A DNA stretch of 63,652 bases, filler included, from Eubacteriales bacterium (GTDB taxonomy: Bacteria > Bacillota > Clostridia > Oscillospirales > CAG-382), in assembly GCA_045636665.1 (NCBI GenBank). It is 8 parts of 8 records of this genome, joined end to end, with 100 filler letters (N's around TTAATTAATTAA, not from the genome) between each part and the next. Parts side by side here need not be neighbours in the genome. Positions count along the whole stretch, not along the records: positions 14,787 to 25,642 come from JAZTXY010000003.1; positions 25,743 to 39,522 come from JAZTXY010000004.1; 6 more parts are not named here. One strand, written 5' to 3'. Positions within the stretch are counted from its first letter, which is position 1; each line of letters starts with the position of its first letter. Of this stretch, positions 19,483-29,310 are shown one piece after another. Made by a program: the position numbers and the translations under genes. The notes below the pieces were generated by a model, which searched no databases, had not been told where the DNA came from, and worked only from the letters and a program-made list of their open reading frames with translations.

Positions 19483-21432
19483 TTGAAACGATTTTTGGCA
19501 ATTTTACTTTGCAGCTTGCTGATGTTTTCTGTGCTGCCGTCATGCGCGCAAGCGGAAGGCAGCTTCGCAAAAGCATCTGTTAATTACGTTATATCCGACG
19601 GATACGTTTATAACGTGTCCGAAAAAACCGCTCCCGACGTTCTTCTTTCTTACGGCAAAAAGCTCGAATCGGTCGATTCGCAGGGAGAATACGTAAAAAC
19701 GGGCGACACCGCTACCGATAAAAACGGAAACACGCAGTTGGTGGTAATATACGGCGACGTTTCGGCAAACGGTGTAATCGATAAATACGACTATATAGCG
19801 CTTAAGCGTCATTGTATGGGCACACTTAAGCTGACGGGCGCGGCATTGGAAGCCGCAAAACGCGAAGAAGCGGTAACGGTTTACGATTATATCCTCGTAA
19901 AACGTCACGTTATGAAGTCGATTAATCTGACTTCTATGCCTCACCGTGAAGGCGTCGCGGGCGATAGCGTTAAAATCGCTTATATCCCCTTGGACAACCG
20001 TCCCGTAAACAAGGACCGCGTTGAATACCTTGCGGCTTCGGCTGGATTTAATCTGCTCATTCCCGAAGAATCGCTTTATCGCACCGCGCTTGATAATATG
20101 ACTCCCAACCCCGACGGCTCAACCATCGGTAATCGCAAGGAATTGCTTAAATGGCTTAAATCGATTGAAAACGAGTGCGAATATTTCGTTATTTCACTCG
20201 ACCAGCTTATTTCGGGCGGACTTGTCGGCTCGCGTTATCTTTCAAACACTGACCTTGCGTTTGAAATGGAGGTTGCCGACTATCTGATTCAGCTTGCCGA
20301 GAAAAAGCACGTAATCCTTTTTGATACCGTTATGCGCCTTGCATCGACGGTCGATTATCAAGGCTATAAAATGGACGAATATAACGCATTAAGAGAATAC
20401 GGCAAAAAAGCCCGTAAGACCTTAAGCGGAAATCAGCTTACAGTAGATAATATCATCGCAGGCTACCGCTATGATACAAACGGACGCGAAATAAGCGTTT
20501 CGGTATCAAACGAAATGCTTGACAGATATCTCGCATCGCGTACCCGTAAGCTTAAGGTTATCGATTATCTTCTCTCGAATGCGGTTGACGATATCGAAAG
20601 AATTTATATCGGCGTTGACGATTCATCGCCTGAAACCACAATCCAAACCAACGAAATTAATTATATAACCTCGCTCGGCGGCGACAATTTAACACTTTTC
20701 GCAGGCGCCGATGAGCTTGGACTTATGGGCATCGCCGCCGTTGCGACCGACGTTTACGGTGAAGCCGAATGTAAGGTGACCTATTTCGGAGAGGGCGAGA
20801 ATTGGTCGGCTGACAGCTTTGATACCTCAACACTTTCCGACTGTATCGAAAAGCACTTCTCGTCAATCGGCGCAACGCTCGACAGCGATGAAAAAGACGC
20901 GCTTCAGGTGCTTGTGCTTACACGCTCGAACAATACCGCAAGGAATGCCGAGGCATTGATACAGCAGGCAATCAAAAATATAAAAGACGGAATCCCCACC
21001 TGTATAATCGACGCATCGAGCACTAACCGTGACCTGCCGTATAAGGTAATCGATTCCGATTACGATATCGCAAAGCTGCTCGGTTATTCAAACTGGAACA
21101 CAGTTGCCAACGCAACCGGCATCTCGCTTTCAAATGCCGTTGCAAGATATGTGTATATCAAAAACGAAGTAGCTACCGAAGAATCGAATGAGGCGTTTCT
21201 TAAAACTCTTACCTTCTCGTTTATAAAGGATATTTCCTATAAGGGCAAGGGCATTACAAATCTTAACGATTCTTCAAAATACGGCCCTGCAACGATTATA
21301 AAACGAATCAATTCTTCGGAAATTCTTGTTGGAATAAATGAATATTCCTCCCACGGAAAGGTCAGCGTTTCGAACTTCCGTTATCCGTGGAATCGCTCGT
21401 TTGAAGCAACCTTTGATATTCACGTTAAATAA
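19483..21432 (+). CDS. Secreted DUF4127 family protein with N-terminal dockerin-like module
   Basis: Signal peptide; GDVSANGVIDKYDYIALKR...VYDYILVKR; YIPLDNRPVN, SLDQLISGGLVGSR, GADELG and GYSNWNT. Confidence 0.82.
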   Translation: MKRFLAILLCSLLMFSVLPSCAQAEGSFAKASVNYVISDGYVYNVSEKTAPDVLLSYGKKLESVDSQGEYVKTGDTATDKNGNTQLVVIYGDVSANGVIDKYDYIALKRHCMGTLKLTGAALEAAKREEAVTVYDYILVKRHVMKSINLTSMPHREGVAGDSVKIAYIPLDNRPVNKDRVEYLAASAGFNLLIPEESLYRTALDNMTPNPDGSTIGNRKELLKWLKSIENECEYFVISLDQLISGGLVGSRYLSNTDLAFEMEVADYLIQLAEKKHVILFDTVMRLASTVDYQGYKMDEYNALREYGKKARKTLSGNQLTVDNIIAGYRYDTNGREISVSVSNEMLDRYLASRTRKLKVIDYLLSNAVDDIERIYIGVDDSSPETTIQTNEINYITSLGGDNLTLFAGADELGLMGIAAVATDVYGEAECKVTYFGEGENWSADSFDTSTLSDCIEKHFSSIGATLDSDEKDALQVLVLTRSNNTARNAEALIQQAIKNIKDGIPTCIIDASSTNRDLPYKVIDSDYDIAKLLGYSNWNTVANATGISLSNAVARYVYIKNEVATEESNEAFLKTLTFSFIKDISYKGKGITNLNDSSKYGPATIIKRINSSEILVGINEYSSHGKVSVSNFRYPWNRSFEATFDIHVK

Positions 21433-21433
21433 C

Positions 21434-21469
21434 AAAAAAATCCCTTCGGATATTCCCGAAGGGATTTTT
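21434..21469. terminator. Bidirectional terminator
   Basis: AAAAATCCCTTCGG...CCGAAGGGATTTTT. Confidence 0.82.
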
Positions 21470-21475
21470 ATATCG

Positions 21476-23236
21476 TTATACCAAGCTGTACTTAATAACA
21501 AACGCTTCGTAATCGGTGCGGAACTGAGCGTCGTTGCCGCCCTTAACTGCGTTAAGATATTTGTGGGTTTCGAATTCGCCTTCCGCAACCTCGATCATAG
21601 CAACCGCGATGTTCGAGCAGTGGTCGGAAATACGCTCGAAGCAGTTGATAAGGTCGTTAAGAATAAATCCGAGCTCGATGGTACAGGTGCCTGCTTGCAA
21701 TCTGAGAATGTGATTGCTTCGCATTTCGGCAGTAATCTTGTCGATAACCTGCTCAAGCGGTTCAACCTTATGAGCAAGATCGGTATCGCCCGTTTCAAAT
21801 GCGGTAAAGGTAAGGTCGATAATTTCGCGCAGTGCGTTTTCCGCAACCGCGATTTCCTTTTGAGCCTCTTGCGAGAAATTAAGCTTCTTTTGGTTCAATT
21901 CCTCCGAGGTCTTGGAAATTTCAACCGCGTGGTCGGAAATACGTTCGAAATTACCGATAGAGTGAAGCATTGTCGAAACGTTTTGAGAGTCTTTAATGGT
22001 TATATCGTTACTCGAAAGCTTAACGAGATAAGTGCCAAGCTTGTCCTCGAACTTATCGGCAAGACCTTCGTCTTCTTCAACCTTATCGGCAAGTGCCTTG
22101 TCGTACTTGTTCAAAACCGAAAGCGCGTCAAGCAATGCTTCCTTGACAACGGTGCTCATTCTTACGGTAATATTGCGGCATTCCGAAATAGCGATTGCCG
22201 GAGTGGCAAAAAGACGTTCGTCGAGGAATGCGATATGCTCTTTTTCGTCCTTCTTGTCGCGGATAACCTTGTTTGCAAAAGTAACGAGCATATTTTGGAA
22301 GGGAATAAGCAATGCCGTTGTGAATACGTTGAAGGTGAGATGGCAGAACGCAATGCCCAACGCATCGATTTCCCAAGCCATAAATGCAAAGCTGAAAATC
22401 CAGTTGAGCGTATACAAAACAACGAGTCCGATTACCGTGCCAATGATGTTGAACGCGATATGTACAACCGCAACTCTTTTTGCATTTCTGTTAACACCGA
22501 AGCTTGAAATAAGCGCGGTTACGCAGGTACCGATATTCTGACCCATAATAATGGGAATTGCCATTCCGAAGGTGAAGCCCGAGCCGGGGCCTACAAGCGT
22601 TTGCAGGATTGCGACAGATGCGGCGGAGCTTTGGATGATACCTGTGATAACGGCACCGATAAGAACACCGAAAACGGGGTTGTTGAATATCGTAAGAAGG
22701 TTTGCAAATTCGGGATCGTCCTTGAGTGCGGAAACCGAATCGCCCATAAGTCCCATACCGCACATCAAAACGGCAAAGCCGACGATGATGTTACCGATAT
22801 CTCTGCGCTTTTTGTCCTTGCCCATAACCAAAAGCACACCGAAAAGCGCAAAAAGGAGCGAGAAGTTAGCCGGTTTAAGCAGATCCATAAAGTTAAATCC
22901 GCTTCCGCTGCTTTCCAAGCCTACAAGCGAGGTGAGGAACGCAGTTAACGTCGTACCGATATTAGAACCCATAATAAGACCGACGGTCTGTTTAAGATTC
23001 ATAATGCCCGAGTTAACAAGACCTACAAGCATAACCGTCATAGCGGACGAGGATTGCATTGCAATCGTTATACCTGCGCCGAGTAAGAGGCTTTTGAATA
23101 CGTTGGAGGTCATCTTTTTAATAGTTGCTTCCAACTTGCCGCCCGACATCTTTTCGAGCCCGTTTGACATAACCGTCATTCCGTAAAGGAAAAAGGCAAC
23201 GCCGCCGATGAGAGTGATAATTTCGATAATTCCCAT
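21476..23236 (-). CDS. Na/Pi cotransporter family protein with C-terminal PhoU domains
   Basis: Two QSSS/QSSA and G.NIGT repeats; two ERISDH motifs. Confidence 0.93.
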   Translation of the reverse strand: MGIIEIITLIGGVAFFLYGMTVMSNGLEKMSGGKLEATIKKMTSNVFKSLLLGAGITIAMQSSSAMTVMLVGLVNSGIMNLKQTVGLIMGSNIGTTLTAFLTSLVGLESSGSGFNFMDLLKPANFSLLFALFGVLLVMGKDKKRRDIGNIIVGFAVLMCGMGLMGDSVSALKDDPEFANLLTIFNNPVFGVLIGAVITGIIQSSAASVAILQTLVGPGSGFTFGMAIPIIMGQNIGTCVTALISSFGVNRNAKRVAVVHIAFNIIGTVIGLVVLYTLNWIFSFAFMAWEIDALGIAFCHLTFNVFTTALLIPFQNMLVTFANKVIRDKKDEKEHIAFLDERLFATPAIAISECRNITVRMSTVVKEALLDALSVLNKYDKALADKVEEDEGLADKFEDKLGTYLVKLSSNDITIKDSQNVSTMLHSIGNFERISDHAVEISKTSEELNQKKLNFSQEAQKEIAVAENALREIIDLTFTAFETGDTDLAHKVEPLEQVIDKITAEMRSNHILRLQAGTCTIELGFILNDLINCFERISDHCSNIAVAMIEVAEGEFETHKYLNAVKGGNDAQFRTDYEAFVIKYSLV

Positions 23237-23365
23237 AAGTTCTCCTGTTTAACTGTCTAACATAGCTGTAAGACGTTTTTGAATGCCGCTTTGATTCCGC
23301 GGCTGTGGGAAGATAAGGATAAATGACGTTCAATTAACACGTGAGCTCAAATTTCGCTCGAATAT

Positions 23366-23394
23366 ATCATAACAAAATGCGTGTCAACTGTCAA
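23366..23394 (-). promoter_or_regulatory. Sigma-A promoter of the Na/Pi transporter gene
   Basis: TTGACA-N17-TATGAT with extended TG on the minus strand. Confidence 0.65.
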
Positions 23395-23426
23395 CGAAAT
23401 TTTTCGAAATTTGGCAAAAAAACGGT

Positions 23427-23459
23427 AAAAAAAGCTCCGATATTTTTTCGGAGCTTTTT
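23427..23459 (-). terminator. Terminator after the ABC permease gene
   Basis: AAAAAGCTCCGA...TCGGAGCTTTTT. Confidence 0.75.
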
Positions 23460-23470
23460 AACGTGTAGAA

Positions 23471-25642
23471 TTATTCTGTTCTCAATGCAACAACGGGGTC
23501 TTTCTTGGAAGCGCTTCTTGAAGGAATTATACCTGCGATAAGCGTAAGGATGACGCTTATGCCGATAAGAAGCAAAGCAACCTCGAACGGGAATTCGGTT
23601 TTGAGATTTTCGATACCCGTCAAAGCATTTAAAATCGCATCAACTATCAAGCAGAGCAGATAGGTAACTATAACACCCAACGCACCCGATGCAAAGCCTA
23701 TCATAACCGTTTCGGCATTGAACATTGTCGAAACGTTGCGTTTTGATGCACCGATTGCACGGAGTATACCGATTTCTTTGGTACGCTCCTGAACCGAAAT
23801 AAGTGTGATAACGCCGATCATTATCGAAGAAACGATAAGCGAAATGGCAACGAATGCAATAAGAACGTAGGTGATTGCGTTGATAATGGTCGTTACCGAG
23901 GACATCATAAGTCCGACGTAATCGGTATAGGTTATCTGCTGAAGCTTATCCTTGTTTTTGTTGTAATCGAGGATTGCCGCTTCGATAGTATCCTTTTCTT
24001 CAAACGAGGAAGCAAAGAGGTTAATGCTTTCGGGATCGTTAATATCAACGTGGCCGAGCTTTCTTATATTGTCCTTGTAGGTGGATTTGGAGAATTCAAG
24101 AACCTCGTCGTGATAAAGCGCAAACTGTTCGGGCGTATACGTTTGCATCGCCGCATCAAGCGCGCCTGCCAACTGTTCGGGAGTCAGTCCTGCCAGCTGT
24201 TCCTTTGCGGTGGTCGCGTATTGCACCTTTACCTGCTCGGTAACAAGCTGTGTGAAAATTTCCTTGACGTCGTCATCGCTCATTGCGCCCAAATACTGAG
24301 TAATCTCGTTTTCGGACATACCCATTTGTTGGGTAAGAACGGTTACGAGCGTTTCTTCCATTTGCGCTCTGTTAAGGTCCTTCATCGCCTGATTTACCAT
24401 CTGGTTAAGCATTTCCTTGGTCGGCGTGCAGACTATCTTAATATAGGTTTCCGACTTTTTGGCAACGTCAAGTGCGCTTACGTAATTTTTGAATTCTTTT
24501 GCTTTTTCTTCATTAGTAAGCTTTCCGGTGCTTTCGTGGAAGGGAAGACCTGTGAAAATATCGGTCGTTTCGTCATTAAGCTGTGCTTTGAGAGCGTCAG
24601 AGTTTTTCGTCTTTTCGATGATATACTTGGTCAACTCGTTTGTGTAGCCGATAGAGCCCTTAAGCATTGCGGAAACCGCATCCTCGCTCGGGCGGATAAT
24701 ACCTACTACCTTAAGGTCAAGACCGTTTGAATAAAGGTAACGAAGACCTGCCTGAGTATCACGAAGGTCGGTGTAATTACCGGTTTTTTCGTCAAGCGTG
24801 AAGCAATCTGCCGAAAGGACTGTGCGGAATTCCATACCGCAAATTTCTTCATAGCTCCACTTTTTGGTGGAAAAATCAATAGGCTTCTTGTTAAATGCCG
24901 CGTCTGCAAGAGCGTCAATATCGTCTTTGGACATAAGACCCAATGCATAAAGCGCCATATCGTCGATTTCGTTGTTTTCGTCAACAACAAGAACGATTTC
25001 GTTGTAATCGTTGGGCCACGAGCCGTGGATAACTTCATATTGCTTTTCAAGCAAGGGGTTGATAAGCTTACCGTTATCGCCGGGAAGCATTTCCTGCCAA
25101 AGCTTTACACTCGAATTTGACATCGACATGGTTGCCGAGCCGCCCATCATGCTTTCATTCATCTGCATCATGCCGCTTAAGTCGAGTCCGAAATATTCAA
25201 TAAGCAGCTCCTGCAAAAGAGCGCTGGTATCCGATTGAATAATATCGCCGTCGATGTTTTCGGTATAAATAAGCAGGTCTATCGCATAGGTGTATTGGAC
25301 ACCGTTAATTGCGTTTTGTAAGCCCGTTGGGCTGTTCGGGTCATTACGTTCTTTTTCAATAAATTCCTTAAAGGATTTAAGGTCGTTTTCGGTTGCTTCC
25401 ATTGCGTCAAGCGAGTTTACGAGGTTATAAAACATCGCCTTTTGGTAAACCGCATCCTTTTCGTGGCCGGAGTTGGATGCGACGTTATCCATAAACGCCG
25501 TAAGCAACGAGCTTATATCCATGTGTTGGGATTCAAGCGTTAAGGGATAGGATGACAGAGTATCCTCCTGAACGGTGTTGATATATGAGGTCATACCCTG
25601 CGATACCGCAAAGATAAGCGCGATACCGATAATACCGATACT
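23471..25642 (-). CDS. MacB/FtsX-type ABC transporter permease, 5' truncated (probably fused to an ATPase)
   Basis: Frame open to the contig end (SIGIIGIALIFAVSQG); ISVQERTKEIGILRAIGA and KDPVVALRTE. Confidence 0.9.
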   Translation of the reverse strand, partial: SIGIIGIALIFAVSQGMTSYINTVQEDTLSSYPLTLESQHMDISSLLTAFMDNVASNSGHEKDAVYQKAMFYNLVNSLDAMEATENDLKSFKEFIEKERNDPNSPTGLQNAINGVQYTYAIDLLIYTENIDGDIIQSDTSALLQELLIEYFGLDLSGMMQMNESMMGGSATMSMSNSSVKLWQEMLPGDNGKLINPLLEKQYEVIHGSWPNDYNEIVLVVDENNEIDDMALYALGLMSKDDIDALADAAFNKKPIDFSTKKWSYEEICGMEFRTVLSADCFTLDEKTGNYTDLRDTQAGLRYLYSNGLDLKVVGIIRPSEDAVSAMLKGSIGYTNELTKYIIEKTKNSDALKAQLNDETTDIFTGLPFHESTGKLTNEEKAKEFKNYVSALDVAKKSETYIKIVCTPTKEMLNQMVNQAMKDLNRAQMEETLVTVLTQQMGMSENEITQYLGAMSDDDVKEIFTQLVTEQVKVQYATTAKEQLAGLTPEQLAGALDAAMQTYTPEQFALYHDEVLEFSKSTYKDNIRKLGHVDINDPESINLFASSFEEKDTIEAAILDYNKNKDKLQQITYTDYVGLMMSSVTTIINAITYVLIAFVAISLIVSSIMIGVITLISVQERTKEIGILRAIGASKRNVSTMFNAETVMIGFASGALGVIVTYLLCLIVDAILNALTGIENLKTEFPFEVALLLIGISVILTLIAGIIPSRSASKKDPVVALRTE

Positions 25643-25742
25643 NNNNNNNNNNNNNNNNNNNNNNNNNNNNNNNNNNNNNNNNNNNNTTAATTAATTAANN
25701 NNNNNNNNNNNNNNNNNNNNNNNNNNNNNNNNNNNNNNNNNN
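25643..25742. other. Artificial contig linker
   Basis: N44-TTAATTAATTAA-N44. Confidence 0.98.
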
Positions 25743-25903
25743 CTCGGATATGTCATAAAGGCTTTTGTCTTTCATACACTCACCGCCCGATTACATTATA
25801 TCACTTGACGCAAGGTCAATGTCAATATATTTTTTCGCTTTTTCTCTTGCGAAAAAGGAAATTGTTATATATAATATATGAAACTAAGCAAACGGAGAAT
25901 ATT

Positions 25904-26899
25904 ATGAAATTAAATGCTATTTTTGCTTCAAATATGGTTTTTGCGGCTAACAAACCGATACGCGTTTACGGCGAGGGCGAAGGAACTGCCGAAATAAGCT
26001 TTGCCGACAACGTAACTGCCGTAAATTCAAACGGTGGCTTTTGGATGGTCGAATTCCCCGAAATGGGATACGGGGGACCTTATGAATTGACCTTCAAGAC
26101 CGAAAGCGAAACGGTTACTCTTACCGATATTTACGTCGGCGAGGTTTATTTGTTTGCGGGTCAATCCAATATGCAGTTTAAGCTTAAGGAATCAAAATAT
26201 CCGACCGAAAAATACGAAAGCAACGACCTGCTTCGCCTTTTTTCGACCGACAGAATCGAAAAGGCAGACCGTTTTACCCCCGACGACGGATGGGTTAAAT
26301 GTCTTGCCGAGCAAGCAGGCGATTGGTCGGCGATAGGTTATCTTGCCTCGATGCAGATTTCAAAGGAAAAAGGCATCGCTGTCGGCGCTATCGTGTGCTA
26401 CCAAGGCGCATCGGTTATCGAAAGCTGGGTTCCCAAGGGAACCTACACAAAGATGGGCATTGATTTGACGCTTGAAGAAAAGCACCAAGACCACTACATC
26501 AAGGAATTTTCGGAATGGAACGGCGACGGAACACTTTATTCCTTTGCATTTTCGCAAATCGTCCCCTATTCCCTCTCGGCGGTCGTTTGGTATCAGGGCG
26601 AAAGCGATACCACGGTTCCCGAAGCGAGGGTTTACAAGCAAGAGCTTGCCGAAATGATAAAAATTTGGCGTGCCGACCTTAAAAACGAACAACTTCCCTT
26701 CGTTGTTGTTCAGATTGCGGATTTCGATCCGCGTGATGACGAGGGCTGGCACACCGTTCAAAAAGCGCAAGCCGAAATCGAAAACGAGGTCGATTTCGTG
26801 AAAACAGTAATCTCCGCAGACGTCAGCGAAAAGGACAATATTCATCCGCCCACAAAGGATATTTTGTCCGCACGCATAGTTAAGGCATTAACCGAATAA
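25904..26899 (+). CDS. Sialate O-acetylesterase (SASA/SGNH) family protein
   Basis: GEVYLFAGQSNM, WYQGESD and DNIHP; GGAG RBS before ATG 25904. Confidence 0.88.
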   Translation: MKLNAIFASNMVFAANKPIRVYGEGEGTAEISFADNVTAVNSNGGFWMVEFPEMGYGGPYELTFKTESETVTLTDIYVGEVYLFAGQSNMQFKLKESKYPTEKYESNDLLRLFSTDRIEKADRFTPDDGWVKCLAEQAGDWSAIGYLASMQISKEKGIAVGAIVCYQGASVIESWVPKGTYTKMGIDLTLEEKHQDHYIKEFSEWNGDGTLYSFAFSQIVPYSLSAVVWYQGESDTTVPEARVYKQELAEMIKIWRADLKNEQLPFVVVQIADFDPRDDEGWHTVQKAQAEIENEVDFVKTVISADVSEKDNIHPPTKDILSARIVKALTE

Positions 26900-26903
26900 A
26901 ATT

Positions 26904-26933
26904 AAACCGCTGATTAAAAATCGGCGGTTTTTT
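26904..26933 (+). terminator. Intrinsic terminator
   Basis: AAACCGCTGATT...AATCGGCGGTTTTTT. Confidence 0.75.
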
Positions 26934-27131
26934 CTTAACTAAGATTCGGTAAAGATACGGGGTATTTTGTTGACAATATATAGTCGGAATGTTAATATCG
27001 TTTTCGATTGGTGCAAGCGCGCAAACCGTTTTGGTTACGCAAATCGAGTCGATTTTTCACTTGATTTCGCGCATTTTAAACGGTGTCGGCGCTTATTACC
27101 TAATAAAAATTAATACGGAGGGTAACCTACC

Positions 27132-29234
27132 ATGACGATCTTTTATGGCATTTCTATTTTGATTGCCGCGATCGCTTTTGTGTTTGCCGCTTACCTTTAC
27201 TTCTGGGTAAAGAAGCAACAGCAAAACAACAAGCGCATCACCGAAGTTGCCGGCCTCATTCGTGACGGCGCCAACACCTTTATGAAGAGAGAATATAAGA
27301 TTCTTGCAGTTTTCGCGCTTATCGTTGCAGTTCTTATCGCGCTCTTCCTCCCCAACCCCATCTGGAACGCAGAAACCGTTGACGGCAGATGGAGCGGTTG
27401 GAACAACATCACTATGGCTATCGCTTATATTTGCGGTACTATCCTTTCTGCTATCGCAGGTAAGCTCGGTCTTGTTGTTGCATCTCTTTCCAACGGCAGA
27501 TCTGCAGAAGCTGCCGCAAAAGGCATCAAGCCCGCATTTCTTATCGGCTTCCGCGGCGGTTCCGTAATGGGTCTTATCGTTGTAGGTTGCGCGGTTCTCG
27601 GCGTTTCTGTCGCTCTTTGGGCGCTCCACGACGCTTCTCTCCTTCTCGGCTTCTCCTTCGGCGCAAGCTCGCTTGCATTGTTTGCGAAGGCAGGCGGCGG
27701 TATATTCACCAAAACCGCAGACGTTGCGGCTGCCCTTACCGGCAAGGTAGAGCCCGGCATCGCAGAAGACGACCCGAGAAACCCTGCGGTTATCGCAGAT
27801 AACGTTGGCGACAACGTCGGCGACGTTGCAGGTATGGGTGCTGACCTTTTCGACTCTAACGTTGCGGCACTTACCTCTGCGCTCGTTATCGCAACCTCTC
27901 TTACCCAAGGTATGGTTGAGCTCAGCATGAAGATGGTTCTCTGCTATGCCGCTCTCGGTCTTCTCGCTTCCATCATCGGTATCGCTACCGCTCGTATCAC
28001 CAAGAACGGTACTCCTACCGGCGCGCTTAACTCCTCTACTTACGTGACTTCTGCAGTATTTATGGCGTTCACTGCCGCCGCTACCTATTTCTTCGATTTT
28101 TCTTGGCACATTTGGGGCTGTTCCACTCTCGGTCTTGTTGTCGGCGTTATCATCGGTCTTGCTACCGACTACTTCACCGACGACTCGAAGCCCATCGTTA
28201 AAAAGGTTGCTCACGCTTCCAAGAGTGGTCCTGCATTCACCGTTCTTTCCGGTGTTTCCTATGGCTTCCTTTCCGCACTTCCCGCAATGATCGGTATCGC
28301 AGTTTCCGCACTCGTTTCCTACAAAATTTGCGACACCGAAGCGCTTCTCGCCGAATACGGCGCAAACTTCCCCTTGTTCGGTATCTCTATGGCGGCGGTC
28401 GGTATGCTTTCCATCGTTGCTATGATTATCTCTAACGATGCTTACGGTCCTATCGTTGACAACGCACGCGGTCTTGCAGAAATGGGCGGCTTGGGCGAAG
28501 AAGCGATTCGCGTTGCCGACGAGCTCGACTCTGCAGGTAATACCGTTAAGGCGGTTACCAAGGGCTTCTCGATCGGCGCGGCCGGTCTTACCGTTATCTC
28601 CTTGCTCGGTACCTTTATGGCAGAAGCTGAAGCGGCAGGCCACGTATTCCTCAGCGGCTTCGATATTATGAACCCCACCGTATTCTTCGGTATTCTTATC
28701 GGTGCGGCTATCCCCGCGGTATTCTCGGCAATGCTCATCCTCGGCGTTGACAAAAACGCTCAGAAGATGGTTGCGGAAATTCACCGTCAGTTCGATACCA
28801 TCCCCGGTCTTAAGGAAGGCAAAGAAGACGTTAAGCCCGAATATGACAAGTGTATCGACGTTGCTACCACCGGTTCTCTCCGTGAGCTTATCCCTGCAGG
28901 TATGGTTGCGATTCTTTCCACCATCGCAGTCGGCTTCATCGGCGGTCCCGAAGCAATCGGCGGTTTCTTGCTCGGTAACATCGTTTCCGGCCTTCTCCTC
29001 TCGCTCTTTATGTCCAACGCAGGCGGTCTTTGGGATAACTCCAAAAAATACGTTGAAGCAGGCAACGAAGGCGGCAAGGGCTCGGAAGCTCACAAGGCGG
29101 CGGTTATCGGCGACACTGTCGGCGACCCCTTCAAGGATACCGCAGGTCCTTCGATCAACACCCAAATCACCGTTGTTTCTCTCGTAGCATCGCTTCTTTC
29201 TGCGTTGTTCGTTCAGTATAATATTTTCGGTTAA
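27132..29234 (+). CDS. hppA: Membrane-integral ion-translocating pyrophosphatase with the K+-independent signature
   Basis: GGGIFTK, EDDPRN, DNVGDNVGD, DAYGPIVDNA, GNTVKA, GGLWDNSKK and GDTVGDPFKD. Confidence 0.93.
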   Translation: MTIFYGISILIAAIAFVFAAYLYFWVKKQQQNNKRITEVAGLIRDGANTFMKREYKILAVFALIVAVLIALFLPNPIWNAETVDGRWSGWNNITMAIAYICGTILSAIAGKLGLVVASLSNGRSAEAAAKGIKPAFLIGFRGGSVMGLIVVGCAVLGVSVALWALHDASLLLGFSFGASSLALFAKAGGGIFTKTADVAAALTGKVEPGIAEDDPRNPAVIADNVGDNVGDVAGMGADLFDSNVAALTSALVIATSLTQGMVELSMKMVLCYAALGLLASIIGIATARITKNGTPTGALNSSTYVTSAVFMAFTAAATYFFDFSWHIWGCSTLGLVVGVIIGLATDYFTDDSKPIVKKVAHASKSGPAFTVLSGVSYGFLSALPAMIGIAVSALVSYKICDTEALLAEYGANFPLFGISMAAVGMLSIVAMIISNDAYGPIVDNARGLAEMGGLGEEAIRVADELDSAGNTVKAVTKGFSIGAAGLTVISLLGTFMAEAEAAGHVFLSGFDIMNPTVFFGILIGAAIPAVFSAMLILGVDKNAQKMVAEIHRQFDTIPGLKEGKEDVKPEYDKCIDVATTGSLRELIPAGMVAILSTIAVGFIGGPEAIGGFLLGNIVSGLLLSLFMSNAGGLWDNSKKYVEAGNEGGKGSEAHKAAVIGDTVGDPFKDTAGPSINTQITVVSLVASLLSALFVQYNIFG

Positions 29235-29243
29235 CATAAAAAC

Positions 29244-29276
29244 ACCGCCAAGGAAATCCTTGGCGGTTTGCTTTTT
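29244..29276. terminator. Terminator between convergent genes
   Basis: ACCGCCAAGGA-AA-TCCTTGGCGGT. Confidence 0.7.
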
Positions 29277-29310
29277 GATAAGGTGCATTCAAAACGATGC
29301 GCCGTTTTTG

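Noticed and set aside
25743..25775. Possible gene start MKDKSLYDISE on the minus strand
   Set aside because: Only 11 codons precede the contig end, too few to identify.
27096..29288. 730-aa ORF antisense to hppA
   Set aside because: It is explained by the codon bias of a highly expressed sense gene and has no recognisable motifs.
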